Source of the DNA: Candidatus Obscuribacter sp.
Lineage (GTDB): Bacteria; Cyanobacteriota; Vampirovibrionia; Obscuribacterales; Obscuribacteraceae
DNA length: 57,000 bases
Assembly: GCA_021772155.1 (NCBI GenBank)
Contig: JADYXS010000383.1
Coordinates: 1-57,000 of the forward strand
Reading direction: 5' to 3'
Shown: in pieces, positions 25,306 to 33,488 of the stretch
Numbering within the stretch: position 1 is the stretch's first letter
How the letters are laid out: each line of letters begins with the position of its first letter
Translations under genes and position numbers: made by a program
Notes under the pieces: model-generated
Databases searched by the model: none
Seen by the model: only the letters and a program-made list of their open reading frames with translations
Told to the model about the DNA's origin: nothing

Positions 25306-26091
25306 ATGACAGATGCGGAAAGTTCTAGGTACGCAATACTTTGTCTGGCTGGCCTTTTCCTTGGGATACTTGCTGTAATTTATTTCTCGTCAATTAGGAA
25401 ATGTAGTTCGGCTCAAGAAAAGAAAAACTTGATCTTAGCGTTGGTAGTGGTAGGTTCGTTTATGTCGAGCTTTGTCATTTTGTTTTTCTACGAACACATA
25501 GTTGCAACCACTGTGGACCGGGAAATTATGTTTATCGGTGGTGGCAGTTCACTACCGAAGCAATACTCCGAGCAAACATCCTGGCTTGATAAGGGAAATT
25601 GGCTAGGTACTGATGGTCCCCGTGGCTCAGGAGGCGGTAAAGTTGATTGTGCCAATCTCCATCGCGCCGCAGGCAATTACTCTCATGCCGAGCGGATCTA
25701 CCTGGGGATGTTCGGTTGTACCTCTCCTGCGTCTGGTGCTTCCGTTTTAAATCTGGCCAAGTATGAACATCCCGCCAATGAAAGTCCGGCTCGCGCATTT
25801 GCCGGCCTGGGAAAAGTCTATTTCATAACAAACAAGCCGGCTCAGGCAGAGGCCTGTTACAAGCGAGCGATTGCGATGTACCAACATTGCAATCCGGAGC
25901 TCATGGCTGTCGCAAGAAACAATCTGGCAGTTTTTTACCATTCTCGCGGAAACGCTGCTGAAGCTAAGAGACTGATCAAAATTGCGCTAGACGAATCCAA
26001 AAAAAATGCCACCGATGATCCGAGCATCGTTGCACAAATCCAATCCAACTGCGATCAAATTTCGCAGGTAATCAAACCGAGAAAACTGTGA
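25306..26091 (+). CDS. membrane-anchored TPR-like protein
   Basis: GGGGG lies 6 nt upstream of the ATG at 25306 (track start 25162). Two TM helices (YAILCLAGLFLGILAVIYF, LILALVVVGSFMSSFVILFFY), then TPR-like helices (AGNYSHAERIYLGMF, LGKVYFITNKPAQAEACYKRAIAMYQ, LAVFYHSRGNAAEAKRLIKIAL). Confidence 0.65.
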   Translation: MTDAESSRYAILCLAGLFLGILAVIYFSSIRKCSSAQEKKNLILALVVVGSFMSSFVILFFYEHIVATTVDREIMFIGGGSSLPKQYSEQTSWLDKGNWLGTDGPRGSGGGKVDCANLHRAAGNYSHAERIYLGMFGCTSPASGASVLNLAKYEHPANESPARAFAGLGKVYFITNKPAQAEACYKRAIAMYQHCNPELMAVARNNLAVFYHSRGNAAEAKRLIKIALDESKKNATDDPSIVAQIQSNCDQISQVIKPRKL

Positions 26092-26181
26092 TGTAGAGAG
26101 TCTGCCCCCGTGAGCACCATTCGCGACCGCGGGCAGCTGCCAAATGTCGAACTTTCAAACGGAATTAAGAGATAAGCCGTC

Positions 26182-26922
26182 ATGCACTATAGAACCGCAT
26201 ACGAAATTTCCGCCGAACCGCTTGCCGGTCTGTGGCAACTCATGGCCCAGCGGCCAGACTTTTGGTTTGTCTTCCTTGTGATTGTGATCCCTACTCTGGT
26301 GATCTTTGCGGTAAATTTCCGTCCGTTCCCTGTCAAGCCTTCTGGCGGGCGAAGCGTCGAAGCGGACACACGTCCCTTGTCAAAACTCCGACGATGGGAA
26401 CTAAACCCTTTCGCTGTATGGGGTGGGGGGTTTGCACTTTTTTTCATGGGTGTGTTTTTGCCCCTATCCCCGTTTTTCGTCATTTATCCGAGCAACAGAA
26501 TCCTGGCGGACGAGTACAAAAACGGCAGGTGCTCCGTCCTTGAAGGTCCAATAGGTGGCTTCGTCTTCGGGCGGACGTACAAGGGCGGCATCAGGACTGC
26601 GCGCTTCAGTGTCAACGGGCTCCTTATCGGCTTTAGCAATAGCGCTTGTGGCTTTGCCTCACCCGATCACGGTGGCCTGGCGGATGGGACGAAAGTGCGA
26701 CTTTGGTTGAAGTCTTCCTATGAAAATAAAGCCAGAGTTCTGATACCTGCTAACTTGTTGTGGCCAATAGATGACAGTGTTGAAATAGCGCGGCTCGATA
26801 TCGCAGACAGCTCCGAGCCGCAACCAGCTTCCAAGTTGCACCCAGCTTCCAAGTTGCACCCAGCTTCCAAGCTGCACCCAGCTTCCAAGCTGCACCCAGC
26901 TTCCAAATCGGCGACTCGATAG
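26182..26922 (+). CDS. hypothetical membrane protein with a C-terminal PASKLH tandem repeat
   Basis: TM helices FWFVFLVIVIPTLVIFAV and WGGGFALFFMGVFLPLSPFFVIY, then a beta-rich soluble part. The C-terminus has (PASKLH)x4 plus a partial unit. Confidence 0.65.
   Translation: MHYRTAYEISAEPLAGLWQLMAQRPDFWFVFLVIVIPTLVIFAVNFRPFPVKPSGGRSVEADTRPLSKLRRWELNPFAVWGGGFALFFMGVFLPLSPFFVIYPSNRILADEYKNGRCSVLEGPIGGFVFGRTYKGGIRTARFSVNGLLIGFSNSACGFASPDHGGLADGTKVRLWLKSSYENKARVLIPANLLWPIDDSVEIARLDIADSSEPQPASKLHPASKLHPASKLHPASKLHPASKSATR
26824..26907 (+). repeat. 18-bp in-frame tandem repeat, about 4.7 copies (CCAGCTTCCAAGYTGCAC)
   Basis: The units start at 26824, 26842, 26860, 26878 and 26896 (partial). The only difference between full units is a synonymous TTG/CTG Leu codon. 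Confidence 0.95.
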
Positions 26923-26998
26923 AATACAATGGTTACGTCCCTTCGCGGCGCCTTCACTGGTTTTTTAGCTTATGGAATGATCCGGAGGGAGTCAACCA

Positions 26999-27448
26999 AT
27001 GAATCGGAATAGAAGTGTATCGCTGCGACGAATGATGAGTCGCGACCTCACTACGTCAGGGGGGTTTTGGGCTCTTATAGTTATAGCCGTCATATTTTGT
27101 TTGCCTATGCTAGGACCGGCGCCCAAGAAATCGGCACATAAAATCGATTCAAACACAGCACTGATTGTCGTTGTCACCGGCGTTCTGGTATCTTGCGCTT
27201 GGGTCGTGTATAGATATGGCCTTGCTGCGCATCGTCTTTCAAAGTTCATTCCGGTTGCTGGTCGACAGATCAAATCGGGCCCGTATCCAAAGGGTTATTA
27301 TCTTGAATATACTTATCAGTATCAGGGCAAAATACACGTCGGGTATGCAAGCACCACCCAAGCGACTGCGGACCAATTGTTTGATTTTACTGTTTTAGTA
27401 AATCCGTTGCATCCGGAGAAGAGCTGTATTCAAGATCTTTTTTGTTAG
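26999..27448 (+). CDS. DUF3592-like membrane protein
   Basis: Two TM helices (FWALIVIAVIFCLPMLG, ALIVVVTGVLVSCAWVVY), then VAGRQIKSGPYPKGYYLEYTYQYQGKIHVGYAS...FDFTVLVNPLHPEKS. This follows the DUF3592 beta-domain pattern that ends in a 'P..P..s' motif. Confidence 0.6.
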   Translation: MNRNRSVSLRRMMSRDLTTSGGFWALIVIAVIFCLPMLGPAPKKSAHKIDSNTALIVVVTGVLVSCAWVVYRYGLAAHRLSKFIPVAGRQIKSGPYPKGYYLEYTYQYQGKIHVGYASTTQATADQLFDFTVLVNPLHPEKSCIQDLFC

Positions 27449-27493
27449 GGGCGCAGGTCTGGCCGAGTCTTCTTCGTATTCATACAGGCATGT

Positions 27494-28930
27494 TCATTTT
27501 TGCAAATTACGAACTCGTCGTCCGAAGTCATCTGCAATCACCACGGCCGTATTAAACTGAGAATAGGTCGGTATGAAGTTCCAGCCGGGAATGGCTGGTC
27601 CCGGGATGGCATGTTTGGCCTTGGGCAGCTCATAGACGGTAAGCGTCTTTTGATCGTGTTTCGAAATGAATTCCCAGCGAATGTCTCTGTGATTCTTGCG
27701 AGAATTGTCCAATGCAGACTGATTTTTAAGCTCGAATTTAAAGGCCGCTTCGGTCTTTAGTGGTCTTTTGCACTCAGATACTTCAAATACCTTGACTGTG
27801 AAATCACTCGTGCTCCCGAGCCGCTGTCTTACGTTGGACAAAGTGGTGACTGGCAGACCCAACTGAGTGAGCTCCTGCTTTTCTGGTGCCTGGTGCTTGT
27901 GATCGACAGCGCTCAGCCCGAGCCACGTTTCGACAAAAGCTTTTGCAAGCACTTGCTGCGCTTTGGACATGCCCCTGTTCCAGTGTGGCAAAATAGTTCT
28001 GTCTGCGGCAGTGTCGATAAGCATCAAGTGTTTACTGTTGGCTCCGCCATGCGATTTATAAGGAGCTACTGTGTGTTGCCCGGGAGAACCCAGTTCCTTA
28101 TCGCTAGCTTCCATGGTGCCAGAAATCACGTAGATGTTTTGAATCTTGTCTTTGAAACGCTCGCTGCCTGCCAAACGATACAACGCCGCCGAGCCTTGTG
28201 AGAAGGCGCTATATCCCCATTTTCGGTGATCTCTTGTGGAGTCGGTTAAATTGGGAATTAGTTTCATCAGTCCGGCGAAGTAGTCGCTGTCGTCGTATCC
28301 GACTTTGCTGACATGCCAATCTACGGCGCGTGGTGCAACAAGTGCTCCGGGTAAATTCCATGCCCAGCTCGGAAGCAATGAGCCCGGAGTTAGCCGATGC
28401 TTCTCGTTGAAGGGAGTAACCAAAATGAAGGGACTTTCTTTGCGATCTGCTTGCTGAACCAAGCCCAGATTGCTCACAAATTTCCGCGGGTTGAGACAAC
28501 CACCCAAAGCGCCTGGAATTGCCATCATTACCGGCAGATCTCTTCCCGTATGTGGTGGCACGTGCACTTGGAAAAATCGACCATTCTTAAATTGAACTTC
28601 GTAGTCCCCTGGACCAAGCTTTCCGTTCTGTCCGAGCTTAATTGGTTGCTGGTTTTGTTGATCGAGTCTCTTGATGCTGTCTATGGTGGAACGCTGGAAA
28701 AGCGCTTCTCCAGTCAGTTTTTCGGCAGCTCCCTGGGCGTTGCCAAATTTTGTTTCTTTAGTCTGTTCCTGGCTTTTGCGGCTGGATAGAGCAATGCTAA
28801 CTTGATCTTGAAGCTTAGTATTTCGGACGGAATTAGATTTGTCTGCAGACTCAGAGACGCGCGCGTCTACCCGGCCGCTCGTGACGGTGTCGGCTGAACT
28901 TTCAGGGGCGCTTCGCTTTGACGACGCCAT
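27494..28930 (-). CDS. divergent PHB depolymerase/esterase-like alpha/beta hydrolase with a disordered N-terminus and an extra C-terminal domain
   Basis: AAGGA SD. No signal peptide. Pattern: VHVPPHTGRDLPVMMAIPG .. FILVTPFN .. WAWNLPG .. YDDSDYFAGLMKLI .. WGYSAFSQGSAALY. The candidate nucleophile is in FSQG, with the Ser codon at 28199-28201. This parallels the GFSQGG of the gene at 31698..32753. Confidence 0.55.
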   Translation of the reverse strand: MASSKRSAPESSADTVTSGRVDARVSESADKSNSVRNTKLQDQVSIALSSRKSQEQTKETKFGNAQGAAEKLTGEALFQRSTIDSIKRLDQQNQQPIKLGQNGKLGPGDYEVQFKNGRFFQVHVPPHTGRDLPVMMAIPGALGGCLNPRKFVSNLGLVQQADRKESPFILVTPFNEKHRLTPGSLLPSWAWNLPGALVAPRAVDWHVSKVGYDDSDYFAGLMKLIPNLTDSTRDHRKWGYSAFSQGSAALYRLAGSERFKDKIQNIYVISGTMEASDKELGSPGQHTVAPYKSHGGANSKHLMLIDTAADRTILPHWNRGMSKAQQVLAKAFVETWLGLSAVDHKHQAPEKQELTQLGLPVTTLSNVRQRLGSTSDFTVKVFEVSECKRPLKTEAAFKFELKNQSALDNSRKNHRDIRWEFISKHDQKTLTVYELPKAKHAIPGPAIPGWNFIPTYSQFNTAVVIADDFGRRVRNLQK

Positions 28931-29161
28931 TCATCAATCCTTGCTAGCATGCTCAAGCACGTCGCCAATTGGGCGTGCTAATGAAAGCGGGGAACTATGG
29001 TTCATTACGCGGGTGGCAGGGGAATCCAGCGGAGTATAGAGTAAAGGCACCCGGTTGTCAAGGATTGCATGGAGGACGGTTTACGAACGCCGGCCCAAAG
29101 ACTTGAGCAACACTTTGGTTTGTTGAGAAAGAACGGTCTCGGTATCATGGGCGGTGCGTGC

Positions 29162-30202
29162 TCATTTTGTCAGCATGTCTCGAGTAGTGCGTAGCAGTTT
29201 TTCGTTCTCTTTCAAGAGAAGGTCTGTTGGATAAATCTCAAAGTAAGCAGCACCCGCCTCATTTCCAATCGCTATTGCTTTGGTTAATGGTCCTTGCTGT
29301 TCGGCTCGAAACAATGCAGATCCCAACATCTGAAAACCTATTCGAGCATTCTTTTTTTGATGAAGCTCGACCATTCGATTGAACGCGGCTTTACTGAATT
29401 TTGTCGGTGTGTGCGCACTTAGCCAGTTTCCTTGAAGGCACAGCCGTCCTTTCAGATGAGCCACTGCATATTCTGTCACTCTTTCCATGACACCATCATT
29501 CTCTAGTGGCACATCCACATTCAATGCCAACGAATGCTTGGGAAACGAAGCTGCAAACTGGTCGATGACATCAGTCCATGCAGCACAAAGCACATCTGCG
29601 CTGTATCCAGCTTCCCGCAGCAATGATGGTGCTGAACCTTTGTGCGGCAAAAACATTTCTGCGGTGCGCCATGTTGGACCGGACATGTGCACAATGACGA
29701 TTTCTTTGCGTGCCGAATAACGTTTTCCGAGTGCCTGAACGAAGTTCTTCCATGACTTCAAGTACCTGGCGTCCCAGATGATGGGCATGGTGACCACTTT
29801 GCCAAAAGTTTTATGGTGTCTGTCTTCATCACGAAATGATATCTGTGGCACGCCCAACTTAAAGATCCATTGTGGACAATTGGCGCCGGCCATTATTCTG
29901 ATCGTCGCTGCTTTGCCACTTTTTTTGATTACTGCCAGCTGGCCGTCCAGGTAACTCCAATCAAACTTGCCTTGTTCTGGCTCCAGCTCCGACCAGGTTG
30001 CACGTATGCTCGCGCCGTCAATGAAAGGTTTATCGCAGAGCGCCGGATCGACCGCCTGGTTTGCCTTGATTAGAGCAAAAATTCCCTTCGGTTGTGCCGC
30101 CAACGCCGGGGGGCACAGTAATATAATGGTCGAGTAGACCGTCAAAGCCGCCAGGCAAAGCGACCTAACAATTATCCTGTGGCGATTTGAATTCAGCAGC
30201 AT
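29162..30202 (-). CDS. secreted TIM-barrel glycoside-hydrolase-like protein (tentative)
   Basis: Signal or anchor segment LCLAALTVYSTIILLCPPALAAQ. The block RATWSELEPEQGKFDWSYLDGQLAVIKKSGKAATIRI resembles the N-terminal strand and helix pattern of GH42/GH35/GH5-type enzymes. I cannot place the catalytic Glu residues by eye. Confidence 0.45.
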   Translation of the reverse strand: MLLNSNRHRIIVRSLCLAALTVYSTIILLCPPALAAQPKGIFALIKANQAVDPALCDKPFIDGASIRATWSELEPEQGKFDWSYLDGQLAVIKKSGKAATIRIMAGANCPQWIFKLGVPQISFRDEDRHHKTFGKVVTMPIIWDARYLKSWKNFVQALGKRYSARKEIVIVHMSGPTWRTAEMFLPHKGSAPSLLREAGYSADVLCAAWTDVIDQFAASFPKHSLALNVDVPLENDGVMERVTEYAVAHLKGRLCLQGNWLSAHTPTKFSKAAFNRMVELHQKKNARIGFQMLGSALFRAEQQGPLTKAIAIGNEAGAAYFEIYPTDLLLKENEKLLRTTRDMLTK

Positions 30203-30221
30203 CTTATTCCATCCTTGGATG

Positions 30222-30255
30222 CTCAGTGGAACAATGTGCGCATTGGTCCACTGAG
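30222..30255 (-). other. strong intercistronic stem-loop (15-bp stem, 1 mismatch, 4-nt loop)
   Basis: CTCAGTGGAACAATG-TGCG-CATTGGTCCACTGAG. It lies 33 nt downstream of the SRPBCC gene stop (30289) and 20 nt upstream of the next minus-strand start (30202). There is no U tract. Confidence 0.6.
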
Positions 30256-30288
30256 CGGATTCGGAAGAATGCTACGTTGACAGCACAT

Positions 30289-31245
30289 TCAGAGCGCGCT
30301 CGACAAGTACGCTTCCAGCTTATCGAAGGAACCGGTCCAACCTTGCGTCATACCGCCTCTTTCTTGAACGAAGGTCGCGAGCTCTTCGGGCGTTGTATCG
30401 CCATAGCATTCCCAAGTTATGGTCACGCGAGTTTGCTCCGGTCCTTCAGCGGACAGTATTACAGTGCTCAGCATGGTAGCGGGCCAGGTCGGAGCCATGG
30501 GATGGCGAGAAATATTCTCGTTTTCATCACAAAATTCTTGGGTGTAGACAATGCGATGAGGTTTTTCAATTTCTAGATAATGTGCCCGTCCATACATTTT
30601 CATGCCACCACTGCCGGTCATGCAATAGAAAGTGCTGCCACCGGATTTGATGTCACATCTGATGAACTGCATTTCGAATCCCGTTGGCGGTAACCAATTT
30701 GAAAAGTGTTCGGGATTTGTCCACATCTCGAACATCGTTTCGAGCGGCACATCAAATGAGCGGTTGATGACAAATATTTCTTTACCGATGCGTGCCTTGT
30801 CCAGATACTCAGCGAGGCGATCCCAGGTCGCATTGCCGCCGGCCTCTTTGACGAATTTACGAGTCTTTTCAGCTGCTTCCGGAGTTGGAAGAGTCATGCA
30901 CATGTCCATTTTTGTCTTTCCTGCGCTTTCGGAAAAAAGCACCGTCACGCGAAACAATGGACCCTGATCATCGTTTCCGCCGTGGTCATAGACCAATTTT
31001 GCGCATTCTTCGACTTCGAAATACTTAGTCTTGTTAGGATAATCGACGCCATCCGGACCGTGCATCGTGTATTCCCAGTGTCCGCCAACTTTCAAGTCCT
31101 TACTGTGAGTAGTGATTGTAAACCCACGGGGGCCCCACCATTGAGCTGCTCGCGCTGGATCAGTCCAGGCATCCCAAACGGCGTCAACAGGAGCGTCGTA
31201 AATTCTGGTGATTCTTATCTCGTTGGACTTACTTTTTACGACCAT
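30289..31245 (-). CDS. SRPBCC family protein with two tandem AHSA1-like (activator of Hsp90 ATPase homolog) domains
   Basis: Domain 1: EIRITRIYDAPVDAVWDAWTDPARAAQWWGPRGF. Domain 2: FVINRSFDVPLETMFEMWTNPEHFSNWLPPTGF. AAGGAAAG SD lies before the ATG at 31245 (track start 31290). Confidence 0.88.
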   Translation of the reverse strand: MVVKSKSNEIRITRIYDAPVDAVWDAWTDPARAAQWWGPRGFTITTHSKDLKVGGHWEYTMHGPDGVDYPNKTKYFEVEECAKLVYDHGGNDDQGPLFRVTVLFSESAGKTKMDMCMTLPTPEAAEKTRKFVKEAGGNATWDRLAEYLDKARIGKEIFVINRSFDVPLETMFEMWTNPEHFSNWLPPTGFEMQFIRCDIKSGGSTFYCMTGSGGMKMYGRAHYLEIEKPHRIVYTQEFCDENENISRHPMAPTWPATMLSTVILSAEGPEQTRVTITWECYGDTTPEELATFVQERGGMTQGWTGSFDKLEAYLSSAL

Positions 31246-31697
31246 CTGTCTTTCCTTTCTTATCCTTTTCCACAGTGACAGTTTAAACATTTTCGAACCA
31301 ACTCGCTATGTGGTTCGGGCTGATTGCTCATTTTACTTTCCAGCGCGCTTCACAGGCATTCTGTGAGAATCAAGGTCTGTGGAATCCGGGCAAATCGCGG
31401 AGCAATGTTGTGTCGGCGAGGGTTAAGACATATGAGGAACAGGCGCTTCTGCTACTTACTTCTGGCGGCAAAGATGTCCCCAGTAGGATGCAATTGCCGA
31501 CAGGGTCAGCTTTGGTGTGTGTGGGCGCTCCACTTTTGGCTGACGAGCTGGAACTTGCGACAGGCTACGATAGACGAAACGTCGTTGAATCGCTTGAGTG
31601 AGGACCGCCGGACCGTGGTTACCATCATTATTGCCATGATGATCGCGAGGCGCTAGTTAGTGCTTAGTCTCATTCGGGCTCAATCCGCAACCGGTCG

Positions 31698-32753
31698 CTA
31701 CCGATGTTTCGGATGCTTCTTGAAGAAGTCCCACACGATATCGGTCGCGTTGATTTGTGATTTTTCTGCACCCTTGCCGCCGAACCAGACGTGTCCTTCC
31801 TTTTCGATAACCAATGAGCGGATCTCGACACCGTTACTCGGATCGGTATAAGTGCGATCTTTGATCATGCGTCCATCACGTTGATGGAATACGCGCACCG
31901 TCGGCGTCACTTCCTCGATGTCGTTGATATCCCTGTAATGCCGTGACGTATGAAGCTCCGGCTTCATCGTGAGCCAGGCCTTTCGTCCTTCGTATGGAAC
32001 TGTAGGATCGTCGACCGACTGGATGGCCAACATCGGAATGTTTTTTGCCGTTCGCCGTTCCTCGCCGGACATCCAGCCGCTGACGTCCGCAATAGCGGCA
32101 ATTCGGTCCGGCATCTCGGACACCGCGCGGTGCACGAAGCTGCCTCCTTGCGAAAATCCAGCCAGGTAAATCCGATCTGGATCCACACTCAAGTTCGCTT
32201 CCAGCTTGTCGATCACTTGCCCGGTAAATTTGACGTCGTCTTGTTTGCTAAACCACCATTGCCCGTTGTTCCAGCTGTGATGGTCTTTCTTGTTGCCGTC
32301 AAGATATACCACAATGAAATTTTCGTCGTCAGCTTTTTTGCTGAATTTCGTCAATTCCTCCATTCCGGCACCTCCCAGCTCGACACCACCGGGCTGTTTT
32401 TTGCCTGATTCGTACCCATTAAAAACAAGTACGACAGGCAACTTCGCAACTCCATCGTAATCCTTGGGAAAGTGCACCCAGTAGTCGCGTGGTTTTTTGT
32501 CTATAGTAATCTGCTCATGGCGAGTCTTCCCTGGCTCTGCCCACTCCATTTTTGCAGGACGTACTGGCGCATCATCACGAATTATCGCTGACGCATCACC
32601 ACGAATTATCGCTGACGCATTACCGCGAATTATTGCCAACGCATCGCGCATGTCTAATTGCTGAATCAATGGCGGGTTCTGTTCAGCACCGGTCCCGAAA
32701 TTGTCGTCTAGTTCGCGTGCGTGGTGATTGATCGCAGCTTCGTTGGGCGCCAT
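31698..32753 (-). CDS. PHB depolymerase-family esterase / alpha/beta hydrolase with an N-terminal 8-aa tandem repeat
   Basis: WVHFPKDYDGVAKLPVVLVFNG, NFIVVYLDG, DDVKFTGQVIDKL..VDPDRIYLAGFSQGGSFVHRA (Ser codon at 32151-32153), and IPMLAIQSVDDPTVPY. No signal peptide. Confidence 0.82.
   Translation of the reverse strand: MAPNEAAINHHARELDDNFGTGAEQNPPLIQQLDMRDALAIIRGNASAIIRGDASAIIRDDAPVRPAKMEWAEPGKTRHEQITIDKKPRDYWVHFPKDYDGVAKLPVVLVFNGYESGKKQPGGVELGGAGMEELTKFSKKADDENFIVVYLDGNKKDHHSWNNGQWWFSKQDDVKFTGQVIDKLEANLSVDPDRIYLAGFSQGGSFVHRAVSEMPDRIAAIADVSGWMSGEERRTAKNIPMLAIQSVDDPTVPYEGRKAWLTMKPELHTSRHYRDINDIEEVTPTVRVFHQRDGRMIKDRTYTDPSNGVEIRSLVIEKEGHVWFGGKGAEKSQINATDIVWDFFKKHPKHR
32571..32642 (-). repeat. 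24-bp in-frame tandem repeat, 3 copies (encodes ALAIIRGN/ASAIIRGD/ASAIIRDD)
   Basis: Plus-strand units: ATCATCACGAATTATCGCTGACGC (32571), ATCACCACGAATTATCGCTGACGC (32595), ATTACCGCGAATTATTGCCAACGC (32619). Confidence 0.9.
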
Positions 32754-32986
32754 TGGCAGTTCGTACTCTTAGTAAGTTAGTAGCAACGGCTGATCTGCCG
32801 TTGCATCAATGTAGCGAACAAGTGTGAGCAAGTGGTGATGATCAAAACAGGGACGTCGCGGCCTTCAACTTGAACAGTTGCTTCTACTGACAATCGCCGA
32901 CATTTCATAGCGCTCGCTACCGCCACATTGTCCCTTCAAGGTTGATGGCGCGAGCACGTTGCGCTTGTTTTCCGAAATAACGTACA

Positions 32987-33484
32987 ATGAATCCAGTAGC
33001 TCTGGGGGTTCAGAGGATGGGACTATCTGGTTCCCTTGGGAATCAAGGATATTCATGTGAAAGCTGCGGGCACTCGATGACGCTGTATGCTCCACATTGT
33101 CCGGTTTGCCTGAACAAAATGCTTAGCAAGCCTCAGAATACAAAGGTAGCGGGACCAACAAGGCAAGCCAGCAACGATACTGGCGAGATAGGCGAGCAGA
33201 AAGGTTCCTCAATCCCTTTCGGGCTCTTGGTAGCTGTTCTAGCCGCCGCCGTAGGTGCTTATGTGATGTTCGGGCCTAAGCAGGTTCCCAATGGCGCTGG
33301 GGAATCCACGGCAAGACCAGACGTCAGCTCAAGCAGCAAGCGTGTTACCAATCCGATAAGCAGACCCAGCAGACCCAGAAAGTCCATCAAGCAGCCTTCT
33401 GTAGTGCAAGCTTCAAGGACACCTAGTGTCTCCACTTCAAGGCGCGTGGCGCCAATGAAGCTTTGGGAAGCAGACAACGAGTGA
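32987..33484 (+). CDS. zinc-ribbon plus single-TM hypothetical protein
   Basis: YSCESCGHSMTLYAPHCPVCLNKM (CxxC-x9-CxxC), then the TM helix IPFGLLVAVLAAAVGAYVMF and an S/P/R-rich tail. An alternative start at 33017 is possible. Confidence 0.6.
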   Translation: MNPVALGVQRMGLSGSLGNQGYSCESCGHSMTLYAPHCPVCLNKMLSKPQNTKVAGPTRQASNDTGEIGEQKGSSIPFGLLVAVLAAAVGAYVMFGPKQVPNGAGESTARPDVSSSSKRVTNPISRPSRPRKSIKQPSVVQASRTPSVSTSRRVAPMKLWEADNE

Positions 33485-33488
33485 AGCG

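Noticed and set aside
26824-26907. Regularly spaced 18-bp repeats that might at first glance suggest a CRISPR-like array.
   Set aside because: The units are directly adjacent with no spacers, are in frame inside a CDS (PASKLH), and there are no cas genes.
31291-31697. A 400-bp gap with two overlapping plus-strand ORFs (97 and 110 aa) and a 43-aa minus-strand ORF.
   Set aside because: There are no SD elements, no motifs, and the frames overlap each other. I treat it as a promoter/terminator spacer between two minus-strand genes, although an sRNA cannot be excluded.
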